A DNA stretch of 64,000 nucleotides from Pirellula sp. (lineage in GTDB: Bacteria; Planctomycetota; Planctomycetia; Pirellulales; Pirellulaceae), in assembly GCA_021299695.1 (NCBI GenBank), contig JAJTEK010000003.1, forward strand, positions 2,409-66,408, written 5' to 3'. The first letter of the stretch is position 1; every line of letters starts with the position of its first letter. Below are positions 47,669 to 57,121 of this stretch, piece after piece. Below the pieces are notes generated by a model that was not told the DNA's origin, searched no databases, and saw nothing but the letters and a program-made list of their open reading frames with translations. The translations under genes and the position numbers were made by a program.

Positions 47669-48504
47669 CGATTACCTCTCTCTGCTAGGAAACATCCATA
47701 CTCCATCGCTCCAGTTCGATACGCATCGAGGATCGCTTGGAAGTGGTCCAAAAACAGCACATGGTTAGCCCCGAAGAGCTTTGCCAAATGCCTAATTCCA
47801 GTTCGGTTGACTCGCTCCAAGCAAATCTCCCATGTCTTCTCAACCTGCTTGGTCCAAAGGGATTGGTAAGTGACTTTTAATCCGGCATCCTCGAACCATT
47901 GGCAGTAGTCGGCTTGTGTTCCGAGAGACGGGCAAAACATGCCACGGCAGACTTTCTGTGTCAAAGCGACCTGTTCCTGACTCAGTGGACCATCGCCAGC
48001 CAACCAAGCGCACAGCGCGAATCGACCTCCGGGTTTAATCCAAGTTGCAGCTTTGCGAAAGAACGCGGGCTTGTCGAAGAAATGCTCGGTGCATTCGATG
48101 CTCCAGACGACGTCTGCCGAAGCTGGCTCGAACGCGATCTTCTCGGCATCGGCACAAAGAAACTTCGGACGGGGCTTGCCCCCCCGAAGCGTCGCGGCAC
48201 TAGCAGCGTACATTCGCTGGACAGGACTTAGGGTCACCCCGGTGACTTGGCACTGGATATTGCGAGCAAGCCAAACGCTCGAGCCTCCCATACCGCAACC
48301 GATATCGTAGACAGTGCTCGAAGGGGATATCCTTGCGATTTTTGCAAGTCTTTCGGTCAATTGAATCTGAGCGCGCGCAGAGCTCTCGCCCCCCTCCCAA
48401 TATCCGTGGTGTATGTGGGGACCCCAAAACAACCGGTAGAAGGGAGTGATAATGTCGTAGTGATTGCGAATCACTCCCTTGGCTACATCAGGAAATTCAA
48501 TCAT
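47665..48504 (-). CDS. Class I SAM methyltransferase, gamma-tocopherol/sterol-MT-like
   Basis: HYD..W.PHIHHGYW, YDIGCGMGGS, TGVTLSPVQ, WSIECTEH..DK. Start set to ATG 48504, 3 bp after the YceI stop. Confidence 0.85.
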   Translation of the reverse strand: MIEFPDVAKGVIRNHYDIITPFYRLFWGPHIHHGYWEGGESSARAQIQLTERLAKIARISPSSTVYDIGCGMGGSSVWLARNIQCQVTGVTLSPVQRMYAASAATLRGGKPRPKFLCADAEKIAFEPASADVVWSIECTEHFFDKPAFFRKAATWIKPGGRFALCAWLAGDGPLSQEQVALTQKVCRGMFCPSLGTQADYCQWFEDAGLKVTYQSLWTKQVEKTWEICLERVNRTGIRHLAKLFGANHVLFLDHFQAILDAYRTGAMEYGCFLAERGNR

Positions 48505-48506
48505 CG

Positions 48507-49235
48507 CTAAGGTACCACCCATAAATCGCCTTGAATCACCAATTCATCTTTGATCCCGACGGCACCAAAGGCTTTGGTATAAGGCTTGATACCAAAATCG
48601 GTCTGTCGAATCGTGAACTTGCCTCGAACATGATGCCAGCCATCCTTGATCTCCAAGTCGCAAGGGAACGTCACTCGCCGAGTGACTCCATGCAGCGTGA
48701 ATTCACCTTCGAGCTGGTACTCGGGTAGCCCGCGCGTCGATTGCTTGTCCGTTTTCTTCATCGTGGCCTTTTGGAAGACCGCCTCGGGGAAACCCTGGAC
48801 ATCCAGAATTTCCTTGCCCAACATGTTCTGGTTGACTTTTCGCACCGTCGCCGCATCGATCTCTGCATCGATTGCAAACACCTTGCGAGCCGTAGGGGTG
48901 TCGGCGACAAACGACTTCATATCAAAGACCAAAGAAACGGGTTCTTGAACATCGGCCTTTAACCGACCGCTCTTGAGCTTACCCTCGACCCCATGGGAGT
49001 GCCCAAGGTTGTTGGTTTTGTCGACAAAGATGTACACGCGACTGAACTCCAGATTCAAGTCGCCGGATCGGTACTCCACTGATTTTCGCGCTTGGCCTCC
49101 GGCGTCTTGCCCAAGGCATCGATGCGTCGGTTCAGGTACTACAAGGATCGAGAATCCCACGCAGAGGTTCATCAAGATTCCAACAGCAAGTCCCCTGTGG
49201 CTTCGGAACATCCACTTGAAAATGTTAGGCAACAT
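48507..49235 (-). CDS. YceI-family (polyisoprenoid-binding) exported protein
   Basis: Signal peptide; HSHGVEG, LDVQGFPEA.F, GEFTLHGVTR, GKFTIRQTDFGIKP. Confidence 0.8.
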   Translation of the reverse strand: MLPNIFKWMFRSHRGLAVGILMNLCVGFSILVVPEPTHRCLGQDAGGQARKSVEYRSGDLNLEFSRVYIFVDKTNNLGHSHGVEGKLKSGRLKADVQEPVSLVFDMKSFVADTPTARKVFAIDAEIDAATVRKVNQNMLGKEILDVQGFPEAVFQKATMKKTDKQSTRGLPEYQLEGEFTLHGVTRRVTFPCDLEIKDGWHHVRGKFTIRQTDFGIKPYTKAFGAVGIKDELVIQGDLWVVP

Positions 49236-49361
49236 CCTTGCATCCGCATTCCTGAGAAGGTTTTTAATCGGCCCTTTTCCTTTGGGTTTCGCTTAGGAGT
49301 ATAAACGTGTTACGTCACCTCGCAAAATCCCATTGCAGGGCCTAGCATCGAAAAACGTTTT

Positions 49362-49381
49362 AAAACACGACATAGTGTTTT
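49362..49381. promoter_or_regulatory. Inverted repeat in the AT-rich divergent promoter region of the PKS locus
   Basis: AAAACAC-gacata-GTGTTTT, immediately preceded by the palindrome AAAACGTTTT (49352-49361). Confidence 0.3.
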
Positions 49382-49534
49382 TAACAAGTTAGAAAGGTTC
49401 ATAGCCGCAAGGGACCGTTTTATTGACGGCAGTCACTTCGAGACTTATCCCGAGGTTGCACTTATCCGTTGCCATCGAACCTGTTATCTTGGAATTCGAG
49501 TCCGGACCGTATTCTGCGAGGGATCCTTGCATAC

Positions 49535-50299
49535 ATGTTGTTTTTTCCTGACCTGAAATCCAGGCACCTTGTCCCCGAGCAGATGGACGATCCGAACCTA
49601 CCGGCTTCAGATCATCAACTTGCGCTGCGTGGACTTCGTAGGATCAATCGATTCTCGGGAACCGTTTCTTATCTTTCTTCGACGATCCTCGATTTGGCCC
49701 GACAGGAAGATCGCGTATGCACGGTGCCTGCCTCGGGCGAAATGCCTTGGGTGCTCCTGGACATCGGATGTGCGAACGGGGAAAACCTCATCGCTCTTTA
49801 TCGGCAGTTAGCAAAAAGAATCGCGGTCCGTTGCATTGGATGGGACATCAGTCCCTATGCGATTCAAAGCGCCAAGGAACAGGCGTTATCTTCTGGGCTC
49901 TCGGAGGAACAAGTTCGATTCGAGGTTGTCGATGCCCTTGGGCCAATCGATCCAGCACCTCAAGCGGACATTGTCATGAATTCGTTGTTTATGCACCATT
50001 TCGAGGAATCGGCGGTGGTGCGTTTGTTGACCCGCAGTGCCCAATTGGCACGCGTGGCCGTCGTGGCCGACGATCTGAATCGCACGCAACTGGGGTGGTT
50101 CCTCGCTAAAACTGGTTGCTGGCTGCTATCTCGCTCACCGGTCGTTCACTTCGATGGTCCGCAATCGGTTCGGGCCGCATTTACTTGTGCGGAAATCGCT
50201 TCGATCGCGGAACGCGCTGGGTTAGTGGACGCTCACCTGATGAGGCATTGGCCCGAACGCTACGCGTTGGTGTGGAGAAGGCAACCTGTGAGATCATGA
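49535..50299 (+). CDS. Methyltransferase-domain protein of the type III PKS cluster
   Basis: EQMDDP, LRRINRFSG, LDIGCANG, SLFMHHF, DGPQSVRAAFT. Start set to ATG 49535. Confidence 0.85.
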   Translation: MLFFPDLKSRHLVPEQMDDPNLPASDHQLALRGLRRINRFSGTVSYLSSTILDLARQEDRVCTVPASGEMPWVLLDIGCANGENLIALYRQLAKRIAVRCIGWDISPYAIQSAKEQALSSGLSEEQVRFEVVDALGPIDPAPQADIVMNSLFMHHFEESAVVRLLTRSAQLARVAVVADDLNRTQLGWFLAKTGCWLLSRSPVVHFDGPQSVRAAFTCAEIASIAERAGLVDAHLMRHWPERYALVWRRQPVRS

Positions 50300-51552
50300 G
50301 TTCCCCGAGCGCGCCCCCTGATTCGTTGAGTTCGACGATCGGCTACGAATCGGCTATCGAGTGTATCTGGGATGTGATCATCGTCGGGGCCGGAGTTGCT
50401 GGTTGTGCAACAGCCATCCTGGCCGCGAAATCGGGTTTGAAGGTACTCTTGGTCGAGTCGAAGCCCTTCCCTCGCGAAAAAGTCTGTGGCGGTTGCTTGA
50501 ACGTACGAGCCCAGGATGCCTTGCAAAGACTAGGCGTGGATCACGAGCTCCAAGCCGCCGGATCGGTAAGGCTTAGCGAACTGCATGTCCAAGTCAAAGG
50601 TGTAGGGCGCATTTGGCCGATCCCATCACTCTTGAGCGTTAGGCGATCGACACTCGATACGATCTTGGTGCGACGCGCGATCGAATGCGGAGCTGATTTT
50701 TTGCAAAACACCACTGCGGTGTTGCCAGCCGAACATGGCCATGTCCATGATCTGATGGAGGTTGAGCTCAGATGCAGCGATGGCTTGCCGCCGTCGGATC
50801 CCTTAGGCCAATTCAAGCCCAAAGCGGCCCAAGCGTGTTGTTTGGTGATTGCCGCTGGCTTGAACCGTTCGGCGTTACGACTCCAGCGGGATTGGCCTTC
50901 GGACATAGCGCCTGATTCCCGCATCGGAGTCCAATCTCTGGTGTCGCTTGAGAGTCTTTCTGAATCGGCGCCCGAATTGCATGGAATGCTCGATAGCAAT
51001 CGCGGCCGTCTGCACATGCTCTCGTCCCATCATGGCTACGTCGGAATTTGCTTAACGGATGGTGATCTCATCGACTTTGCTGCTGCTTTGGATCCCAAGA
51101 GAGTATCGAGTGCAGGTGGAATTGGTCCAGCGGTCTGCGAGATCCTCGAAGAATGCGGAATCAAGACACACCGAGCTTTTGTCGATTGCCATTGGATGGC
51201 CACGAGTCTTTTGACACGGACGTCCAAGATCGTCGCTAAGCGAGGAATTTTTCTAGTCGGAGATGCATTGGGCTACATTGAGCCCTTTACAGGCGAAGGG
51301 ATGTCATGGGCGTTGGACAACGCCGAAACGCTCGCTCCGAATCTTGTTCGGATCGTGCAAGATCCCCGAACCAAAACCCAAGCGGTTAGGGACTGGGAAG
51401 TTTATGTCCAGAAGCAGAGGCGATTCCGGCACCGGGTATGCCGTTGGGTCGCAAAGCAAGCGAGGCATCCGACCCGCTCGCAATGGGTAGTCCAAGCTTG
51501 TCATTGGATCCCTGGATTCCGAACTCGCATTTTGAAAAAGGCGGTACAGTGA
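50296..51552 (+). CDS. FAD-dependent oxidoreductase (geranylgeranyl-reductase-like family)
   Basis: DVIIVGAGVAG, FPREKVCGGCL, LVGDALGYIEPFTGEGM. ATGA overlap with the upstream MTase. Confidence 0.88.
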   Translation: MSSPSAPPDSLSSTIGYESAIECIWDVIIVGAGVAGCATAILAAKSGLKVLLVESKPFPREKVCGGCLNVRAQDALQRLGVDHELQAAGSVRLSELHVQVKGVGRIWPIPSLLSVRRSTLDTILVRRAIECGADFLQNTTAVLPAEHGHVHDLMEVELRCSDGLPPSDPLGQFKPKAAQACCLVIAAGLNRSALRLQRDWPSDIAPDSRIGVQSLVSLESLSESAPELHGMLDSNRGRLHMLSSHHGYVGICLTDGDLIDFAAALDPKRVSSAGGIGPAVCEILEECGIKTHRAFVDCHWMATSLLTRTSKIVAKRGIFLVGDALGYIEPFTGEGMSWALDNAETLAPNLVRIVQDPRTKTQAVRDWEVYVQKQRRFRHRVCRWVAKQARHPTRSQWVVQACHWIPGFRTRILKKAVQ

Positions 51553-52700
51553 TGTCCAATAGGCAATCCGGCGCGGTGATTCTTGGGACAGGCACGAGGA
51601 TACCCGAGGGGGTGATTGACCAAGAGGTCGCCGCTGGGGTGATCCAACGCCTGGGCCTGACCCAACGCTGGAACAAGGTCCTTCCGAAACTGTACCTTAA
51701 GTCTGGGGTTTTGCGTCGAGCGAGCGTTCTACTGAGCGCTGCGGGAGACGATCCCGATTCGCGGCAATCCTTTTACAAGCCGCCGACAGCGGCCGCACCG
51801 TTTGGACCGACCACCGGCGAACGCATGGGAGTTTACGCGAAGCACGCTGGACCTTTGCTCACAAAAACCTGCCAAGCTGCGATACAACGAGCAGGAATTG
51901 AAGCATCGGCGATCACGCAATTGATCACCGTTTCGTGCACAGGATTCTGTGCTCCGGGTCTCGATCATGCTCTGTTTGAGTCGCTAGGCTTGAGCTTGAC
52001 GACACAGCGATCGCACATCGGTTTCATGGGGTGCCATGCGATGGTAAACGGTCTGCGAGTTGCTCAAGCGATCGCGGAATCCGATCCTAGAGCGGTTGTG
52101 TTGGTAGGAGCGGTTGAACTGTGCAGCATCCATCAGCAGTACACAGAAGACCCCGAGCAAATTGTCGCCAATTCGCTCTTCTCCGATGGAGCTGCAGCAG
52201 CGGTCGTTACCGACGCCTCGGCAGTCGTCCGGCAACCAGGCCAAGTTCACTTGCGCATCGTCTCGTCTCTATCGTTGAAGATCCCCGACTCGGCCGATTT
52301 GATGACATGGAAGATCGGGGATCATGGATTTCAAATGACCCTCTCGTCGCTGGTGCCCTCACGCATCGAGGAGAGGCTTAAAGATCCTATCGAAAAATGG
52401 CTTTCCGGACTGGGAATATCGATTGAGGACATTCGACAATGGGTTGTTCATCCAGGAGGTCCCAGAATCCTCGACTCGGTCGACAAGGCGATGGGGTTAG
52501 ACGAAACGAAACTCTCCGCATCCCGTAGGACGTTAGCCAACTACGGAAATATGTCCTCCCCGACGATCCTCTTTATCATCGAGGAGATCCTGTATTCGAG
52601 CACTGGGGAGCATTACGGTCCTAGGAATGGGTATTGGTTGGTGTTCGGTTTCGGGCCCGGCCTACATGCTGAGATTTTGCTTCTGGAACTAACCGAGTAG
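51552..52700 (+). CDS. Type III polyketide synthase (chalcone synthase-like)
   Basis: Cys-His-Asn triad in FMGCHA, VHPGG, YGNMSS; also VSCTGF, ELCSIH, LFSDGAAA, FGPGL. TGATG overlap. Confidence 0.93.
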   Translation: MSNRQSGAVILGTGTRIPEGVIDQEVAAGVIQRLGLTQRWNKVLPKLYLKSGVLRRASVLLSAAGDDPDSRQSFYKPPTAAAPFGPTTGERMGVYAKHAGPLLTKTCQAAIQRAGIEASAITQLITVSCTGFCAPGLDHALFESLGLSLTTQRSHIGFMGCHAMVNGLRVAQAIAESDPRAVVLVGAVELCSIHQQYTEDPEQIVANSLFSDGAAAAVVTDASAVVRQPGQVHLRIVSSLSLKIPDSADLMTWKIGDHGFQMTLSSLVPSRIEERLKDPIEKWLSGLGISIEDIRQWVVHPGGPRILDSVDKAMGLDETKLSASRRTLANYGNMSSPTILFIIEEILYSSTGEHYGPRNGYWLVFGFGPGLHAEILLLELTE

Positions 52701-52706
52701 AGACGA

Positions 52707-55220
52707 TTAGTTGTTGCGTTCCGAGACCATCGTCGTGAGTTGCTCGCCTGACATTCGGTAGGCAGCTTCATGGGGGCAAGCATAAACACAGCGTGGGGTA
52801 CCACCGATACTCTTGCACTGGTCGCAGGTCGTGGCCCGTTGTCGGACAACGGGTATCTTTTGGTTCCCCTCTTGGCGGTATCCGTCTTGATGCCCATACA
52901 TGGTGATGTTTCCATAGGGGCAATTCGTCGCGCATTGCCCACAGCCGATGCAGTTGTCTTCGATGACGATCTCTTTGTCCCCCTCTCGGAAGATTGCATT
53001 GACCGGGCAACCGACCAAGCAATAGGGATCGGTACAAGAGCGACAGCTCGTGGCGACCAGGAAGTTCTCGAAGCGAAGTCCTTCGCGTACCAGACGGGTT
53101 TGCCCCTCGTGTGCATCGGCGCAAGCTTTCGAGCATTCATCGCAACGGGTGCATGACTCAAGGTCCAGGACTAGAAGGCTCTGAGCGTTGTAGAGCCCCT
53201 GCGCCACGAAATTCGCCTTGAGCGTATTTTCGGAGACATCCCGAGTCGCATCGTGGCGCAAGAGTGTCTCGGCGCGATCCAGGAGCGTTTTTCGAAACTC
53301 GGAATTTGCTTCGGTCAGTTCCCGGATGATCGAACCGGGGATCCGAACCAACTCGACGTGGTCCAACGCTGTGCAACTTGAGGTGCGAATCCCCGGGGCA
53401 AAATTCAAAGCTTGCAATTCATCAGCCAATTCGCTTTCGTAGAGTTTTGATAAAACGGCCACTTCCCCAAACACCCCGACTTCTCCTTCGATATTGGGTG
53501 GCCCCATGTAGGTAAGGACCTGATCCCGCATCCCTTGCATCCGGGAAAACTTCACGTAACCGAGTCGAATCATGTAGACTTCATCACCGAGTTCTCCTTC
53601 TTTGAAGATCGGTTGACCTGGCTCGACACTGATCAGCTCAACACCCTGTGCTAGTCGATGCAATTCGATTGGCGTTAGAGAGCGACACAGTGGGGTACGG
53701 CTAAGGTTCGAGTTCAGAGCATGTCGGCGGTAGGCCTCGTTGAGCAGTTTGAGGCTAGCGCCGTTGCGTTGGAGCATGTACAGGACGTTGCTTCCGATTT
53801 CGATGACCTCGGATTCCTCAACGGCCACGACCGTTGCGCTTCTTGGGCTTCGATTCAAACATGCCATCTCTCCGAGGATGACATCCTCGGGCCCTCGAAA
53901 AAGTCTTGATTGGCCCTTGGGATTCGAGGTGTCTGATCCGGTGGCCAAGGTGGCGACACCCTTGGATCCGCTTGTGAACATGCGATTGAAAAAGCCTTTT
54001 CGTTCTGTTGACTTATTGGACTTCTTCACGCCGGAGCGAGAGATTTGAATTTCGAACCTTCCGCGTTGGATCAAAAAGGCGGTCGAACCGTATTCGCCTT
54101 CTTTGCATAGGATGTCGCCGGGTTGCAGGATGCGGCGTACGCAAGCTCCGCCGTTGAACTGTAGAAACTTGTAGGGAATCCCGCTGAAGATAGGGATGTC
54201 GAGCATTTGTTCGGGAGAAAGTACTTCGGTGGATGGATCGCCGCTTTGGCTGGTATTTAGATTCAAGTCGTCGGACAGTTTGGCAATTTGCTTTTCGATG
54301 ACCAAAGGTCGAAATTGCAGCGCATCGGTAGGGCACGAGATCACGCACTCACCGCAGGAAACGCATGAGCTTTCGAGCATGGGTAGGTTGGTATCGAAAG
54401 CGATTTTTGTTGGGTAGCCTTTGCCATCGCGGGCCATGACATCGTTGTGTTTGATTTCGTTGCAAGCACGCGTGCAGCGCTGGCACAAAATGCACGCGTC
54501 GTGGTCGACCGAGATGATTTCCGAGGAAGGATCGACGCCCCTTTTTCCGGCGAGCTCGCTCGGAGGGTACCTCAATTGGATCGGGTCTGGCACAAATCGA
54601 TGAACGAGGTTTTTCAACTCGTTGGGTTCGTATCGCTTGGGCGAGTCGACCAAGCTCTTGCGATCCTGTTGGCTCAGGTGTTCCGATGCGAGCAGTTCGA
54701 CGATCACTCCGACGGAATCCTTGAGGATCTCGACCGTCTTCGGGTTTTCGGTGCTTGCCAACGTAGTGATGACCATCCCCTCTTTGACATGGTAAGTGCA
54801 CGCAGAGACCAAGTCTTTTTTGACCCGTCCACTTTTGCGTTGCTCTTGGATTTCGACCATGCAAACACGGCAAACACCGACGGGTTGAAGATGCTCACGA
54901 TGGCACAGCACAGGCACGGGATTGACGTCCTGAACGCTTCGCACATACATTCGAGTTACCGCATCATAGATCGTCGTCGGTCTTGGAATGACCTCTCCTC
55001 GATCGTTGACCAATACAACTCCTTGCGAGTTTCGCAGCGGAACTGCTTTCTTGACCACCATCGCTTGGCCGTCGATGGTGATACGGACATCCAATTCCAA
55101 ATCGGTAAGCGAGGCATCGGCACGGCGGATCAGTTGGCCGTCGACATCGCGAGCAAAGAGTGCTTCCTCGCGGGCGCTGATGTACTCATTGCCATCCAAG
55201 GGGTCTTGATTTGAAGCCAT
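52707..55220 (-). CDS. Fe-S / cyclic-nucleotide-binding fusion: NuoG-N-like [2Fe-2S]+2[4Fe-4S], two cNMP domains, C-terminal 4x[4Fe-4S] domain
   Basis: LCH..VGVCRVC..SAC; CILCQRCTRAC and CVSCGECVISCP; GEMA..PRSAT; GEVAV..RTSS; CTRCDECSKAC, CRSCTDPYCLVGCP, CIGCGQCATNCP, CDQC..CVYACP. Confidence 0.88.
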   Translation of the reverse strand: MASNQDPLDGNEYISAREEALFARDVDGQLIRRADASLTDLELDVRITIDGQAMVVKKAVPLRNSQGVVLVNDRGEVIPRPTTIYDAVTRMYVRSVQDVNPVPVLCHREHLQPVGVCRVCMVEIQEQRKSGRVKKDLVSACTYHVKEGMVITTLASTENPKTVEILKDSVGVIVELLASEHLSQQDRKSLVDSPKRYEPNELKNLVHRFVPDPIQLRYPPSELAGKRGVDPSSEIISVDHDACILCQRCTRACNEIKHNDVMARDGKGYPTKIAFDTNLPMLESSCVSCGECVISCPTDALQFRPLVIEKQIAKLSDDLNLNTSQSGDPSTEVLSPEQMLDIPIFSGIPYKFLQFNGGACVRRILQPGDILCKEGEYGSTAFLIQRGRFEIQISRSGVKKSNKSTERKGFFNRMFTSGSKGVATLATGSDTSNPKGQSRLFRGPEDVILGEMACLNRSPRSATVVAVEESEVIEIGSNVLYMLQRNGASLKLLNEAYRRHALNSNLSRTPLCRSLTPIELHRLAQGVELISVEPGQPIFKEGELGDEVYMIRLGYVKFSRMQGMRDQVLTYMGPPNIEGEVGVFGEVAVLSKLYESELADELQALNFAPGIRTSSCTALDHVELVRIPGSIIRELTEANSEFRKTLLDRAETLLRHDATRDVSENTLKANFVAQGLYNAQSLLVLDLESCTRCDECSKACADAHEGQTRLVREGLRFENFLVATSCRSCTDPYCLVGCPVNAIFREGDKEIVIEDNCIGCGQCATNCPYGNITMYGHQDGYRQEGNQKIPVVRQRATTCDQCKSIGGTPRCVYACPHEAAYRMSGEQLTTMVSERNN

Positions 55221-55246
55221 ATTTGAAGACAGTCGTTATCGGAAGG

Positions 55247-57118
55247 TTATCGGTCGTTAGGGTGGAAGTACCGCAGGTACGTTCGAAACGGTTCGCTGGC
55301 TACTTGTCCCAACCCGCAGATGCTGGTTGTGCGCATGATGCGTGAGAGCAGGTTGGCGTGTTCGATGAACTGCGGTACGATGCTCTCGGAGCTTTTTGCA
55401 TTCGCAAGTTGCTGAGCCATATCGACTATTTTTCTCGAGCCCAATCGGCAAGGTACGCACTTGCCACAGGACTCACGTTGATAAAACTGGCTGCATGCGA
55501 TCGCTTGATCGAGCAGATCCGCCGTGGCACCGTAAACGACGATCCCGGCCCCGAGCATGAATCCGATCTCGCGCGAGGCATCGATATCCAGAGGCAGCAA
55601 TCGGATATCGGTGGGAGTTTTTGATAACGCGGGATACTTAAAGTCGGCCGTTTCCTTCCCTTCCTTGTCGGTAAGTTTCGGCAGCCGAATCGAATTCTCG
55701 GGTAGCATGGCTGGTAGAAAACCTCCGGATGGGCCGCTGAGGGCTACTGCCAGCAAGGGTACTCCATCCTTCATTCCACCTGCGTAGTCGTCGATCAATT
55801 CCCCGAGTGTGATACCGCAGGGCACCTCATAGGCACCCGGTCGATTCAAATCGCCACTGATGCTGAAATACCTTCTCCCTTTGGAGCGATTGCGACCTGC
55901 ATACTTGTACCAAAGGCCTGGCGTTTTATTTGTTGCCGATGGATCTTTTGCTTGCTCTTTGAGCAGGTTACCTTCGGAGGGTTCTTTCAAAAGTATCGAT
56001 GGAACCCATGCAAAGGTTTCGACGTTGTTGAGAATGGTCGGTTGGTCGTAAAGGCCGTTGGTCTGCAATTCAGGCGGACGATTTCGAGGTTCCGATCGTT
56101 TTCCCTCGAGCGCCTCGATCAACGCGGTTTGTTCACCGCATACGTAGCCGCCTGGACTGATGAACACCTCGAGTCGAAACGTTCGGCCGCTTTGGAAGAT
56201 ATTGGATCCCAAGGCTCCGAGTTGCTCGGCTTGTTCGATCGCTTGCTGGAGGCGATCTATTTGTTCCTGGTATTCGTGTCTGATATAGATGTAGCCTTGT
56301 TTGGCTCCGCTTACCAATGCGGCCATCGTCATGCCTTCGATCACCAAATGGGGAGCAGCAAGGAGGATCTCGCGATCTTTAAAGGTTCCCGGTTCGCTTT
56401 CATCGGCGTTGCACACAACGTATTTGGTCTCACCAGGGGCTATACGAGCTTCTTCCCATTTTGAAAACGCAGGGGCGCCGGCACCTCCCATGCCTAGCAA
56501 ACCGGCATTCTTGAGGGCTTGAATCACTCGATCGTTGCTAGGATCGAGTAAAAAACTCTTGACTGCCGCATATTTCTGTTGGATCGTACCGCTGCGGTAG
56601 CAATCGATTTCCGAACGGTCCATCGTAGCCTGAGCGAGTGCTTGATCCGAATCACCTTGGAGATCCACACCGTCGAGAACACTCTGGACAATTCGGCGGT
56701 ATTCATCGACCTTACGGCCGACGAAGAGCGATTGGCCGTGTGCCGTCGCATTCGAATTGGAGCCCTCGATGATCATCGCCGGTGCACGGTCGCAACGACC
56801 AAGGCAGGAGGCTTCATGGACGTGCAAATTCTCGTGGCCGACTTGGTCCGCAAGTTCCTGGAGTTGCTGGGCGATCTGGACCGAACCTCTCAGACGACAG
56901 CTCATGTCCCGGCAGATGGCGACCCTGCACTTGGCGGGTGCTTGCCGACTGTAGTGTGGAAAGAAGCTCACCACGTCTTGGATCACACGGGACGGTTCAC
57001 CGACCTGACCGGCGATCCTCGCGATATCGTTGTCGCCGATGTAACCTTGGCGATGCTGCACTTCTTGGAGCATCTTGGCGATCCGGGTTCCCACTTGTCG
57101 TTCAACGAGAGATTTCAT
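55247..57118 (-). CDS. NuoE-NuoF fusion (NAD(P)H diaphorase module: [2Fe-2S], FMN, [4Fe-4S])
   Basis: CRDMSC..CLGRC (NuoE-type); GMGGAG, NADESEPGTFKDR, YIYIRHEY, YVCGEQTAL, NNVET, ESCGKCVPCR..CGLG (NuoF-type). Not in a complex I operon. Confidence 0.9.
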   Translation of the reverse strand: MKSLVERQVGTRIAKMLQEVQHRQGYIGDNDIARIAGQVGEPSRVIQDVVSFFPHYSRQAPAKCRVAICRDMSCRLRGSVQIAQQLQELADQVGHENLHVHEASCLGRCDRAPAMIIEGSNSNATAHGQSLFVGRKVDEYRRIVQSVLDGVDLQGDSDQALAQATMDRSEIDCYRSGTIQQKYAAVKSFLLDPSNDRVIQALKNAGLLGMGGAGAPAFSKWEEARIAPGETKYVVCNADESEPGTFKDREILLAAPHLVIEGMTMAALVSGAKQGYIYIRHEYQEQIDRLQQAIEQAEQLGALGSNIFQSGRTFRLEVFISPGGYVCGEQTALIEALEGKRSEPRNRPPELQTNGLYDQPTILNNVETFAWVPSILLKEPSEGNLLKEQAKDPSATNKTPGLWYKYAGRNRSKGRRYFSISGDLNRPGAYEVPCGITLGELIDDYAGGMKDGVPLLAVALSGPSGGFLPAMLPENSIRLPKLTDKEGKETADFKYPALSKTPTDIRLLPLDIDASREIGFMLGAGIVVYGATADLLDQAIACSQFYQRESCGKCVPCRLGSRKIVDMAQQLANAKSSESIVPQFIEHANLLSRIMRTTSICGLGQVASEPFRTYLRYFHPNDR

Positions 57119-57121
57119 GAT

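Noticed and set aside
55247-57118. Calling this nuoF of respiratory complex I, or part of a hydrogenase/formate dehydrogenase
   Set aside because: No nuoA-D/H-N, NiFe, H-cluster or molybdopterin subunit nearby; gene symbol withheld.
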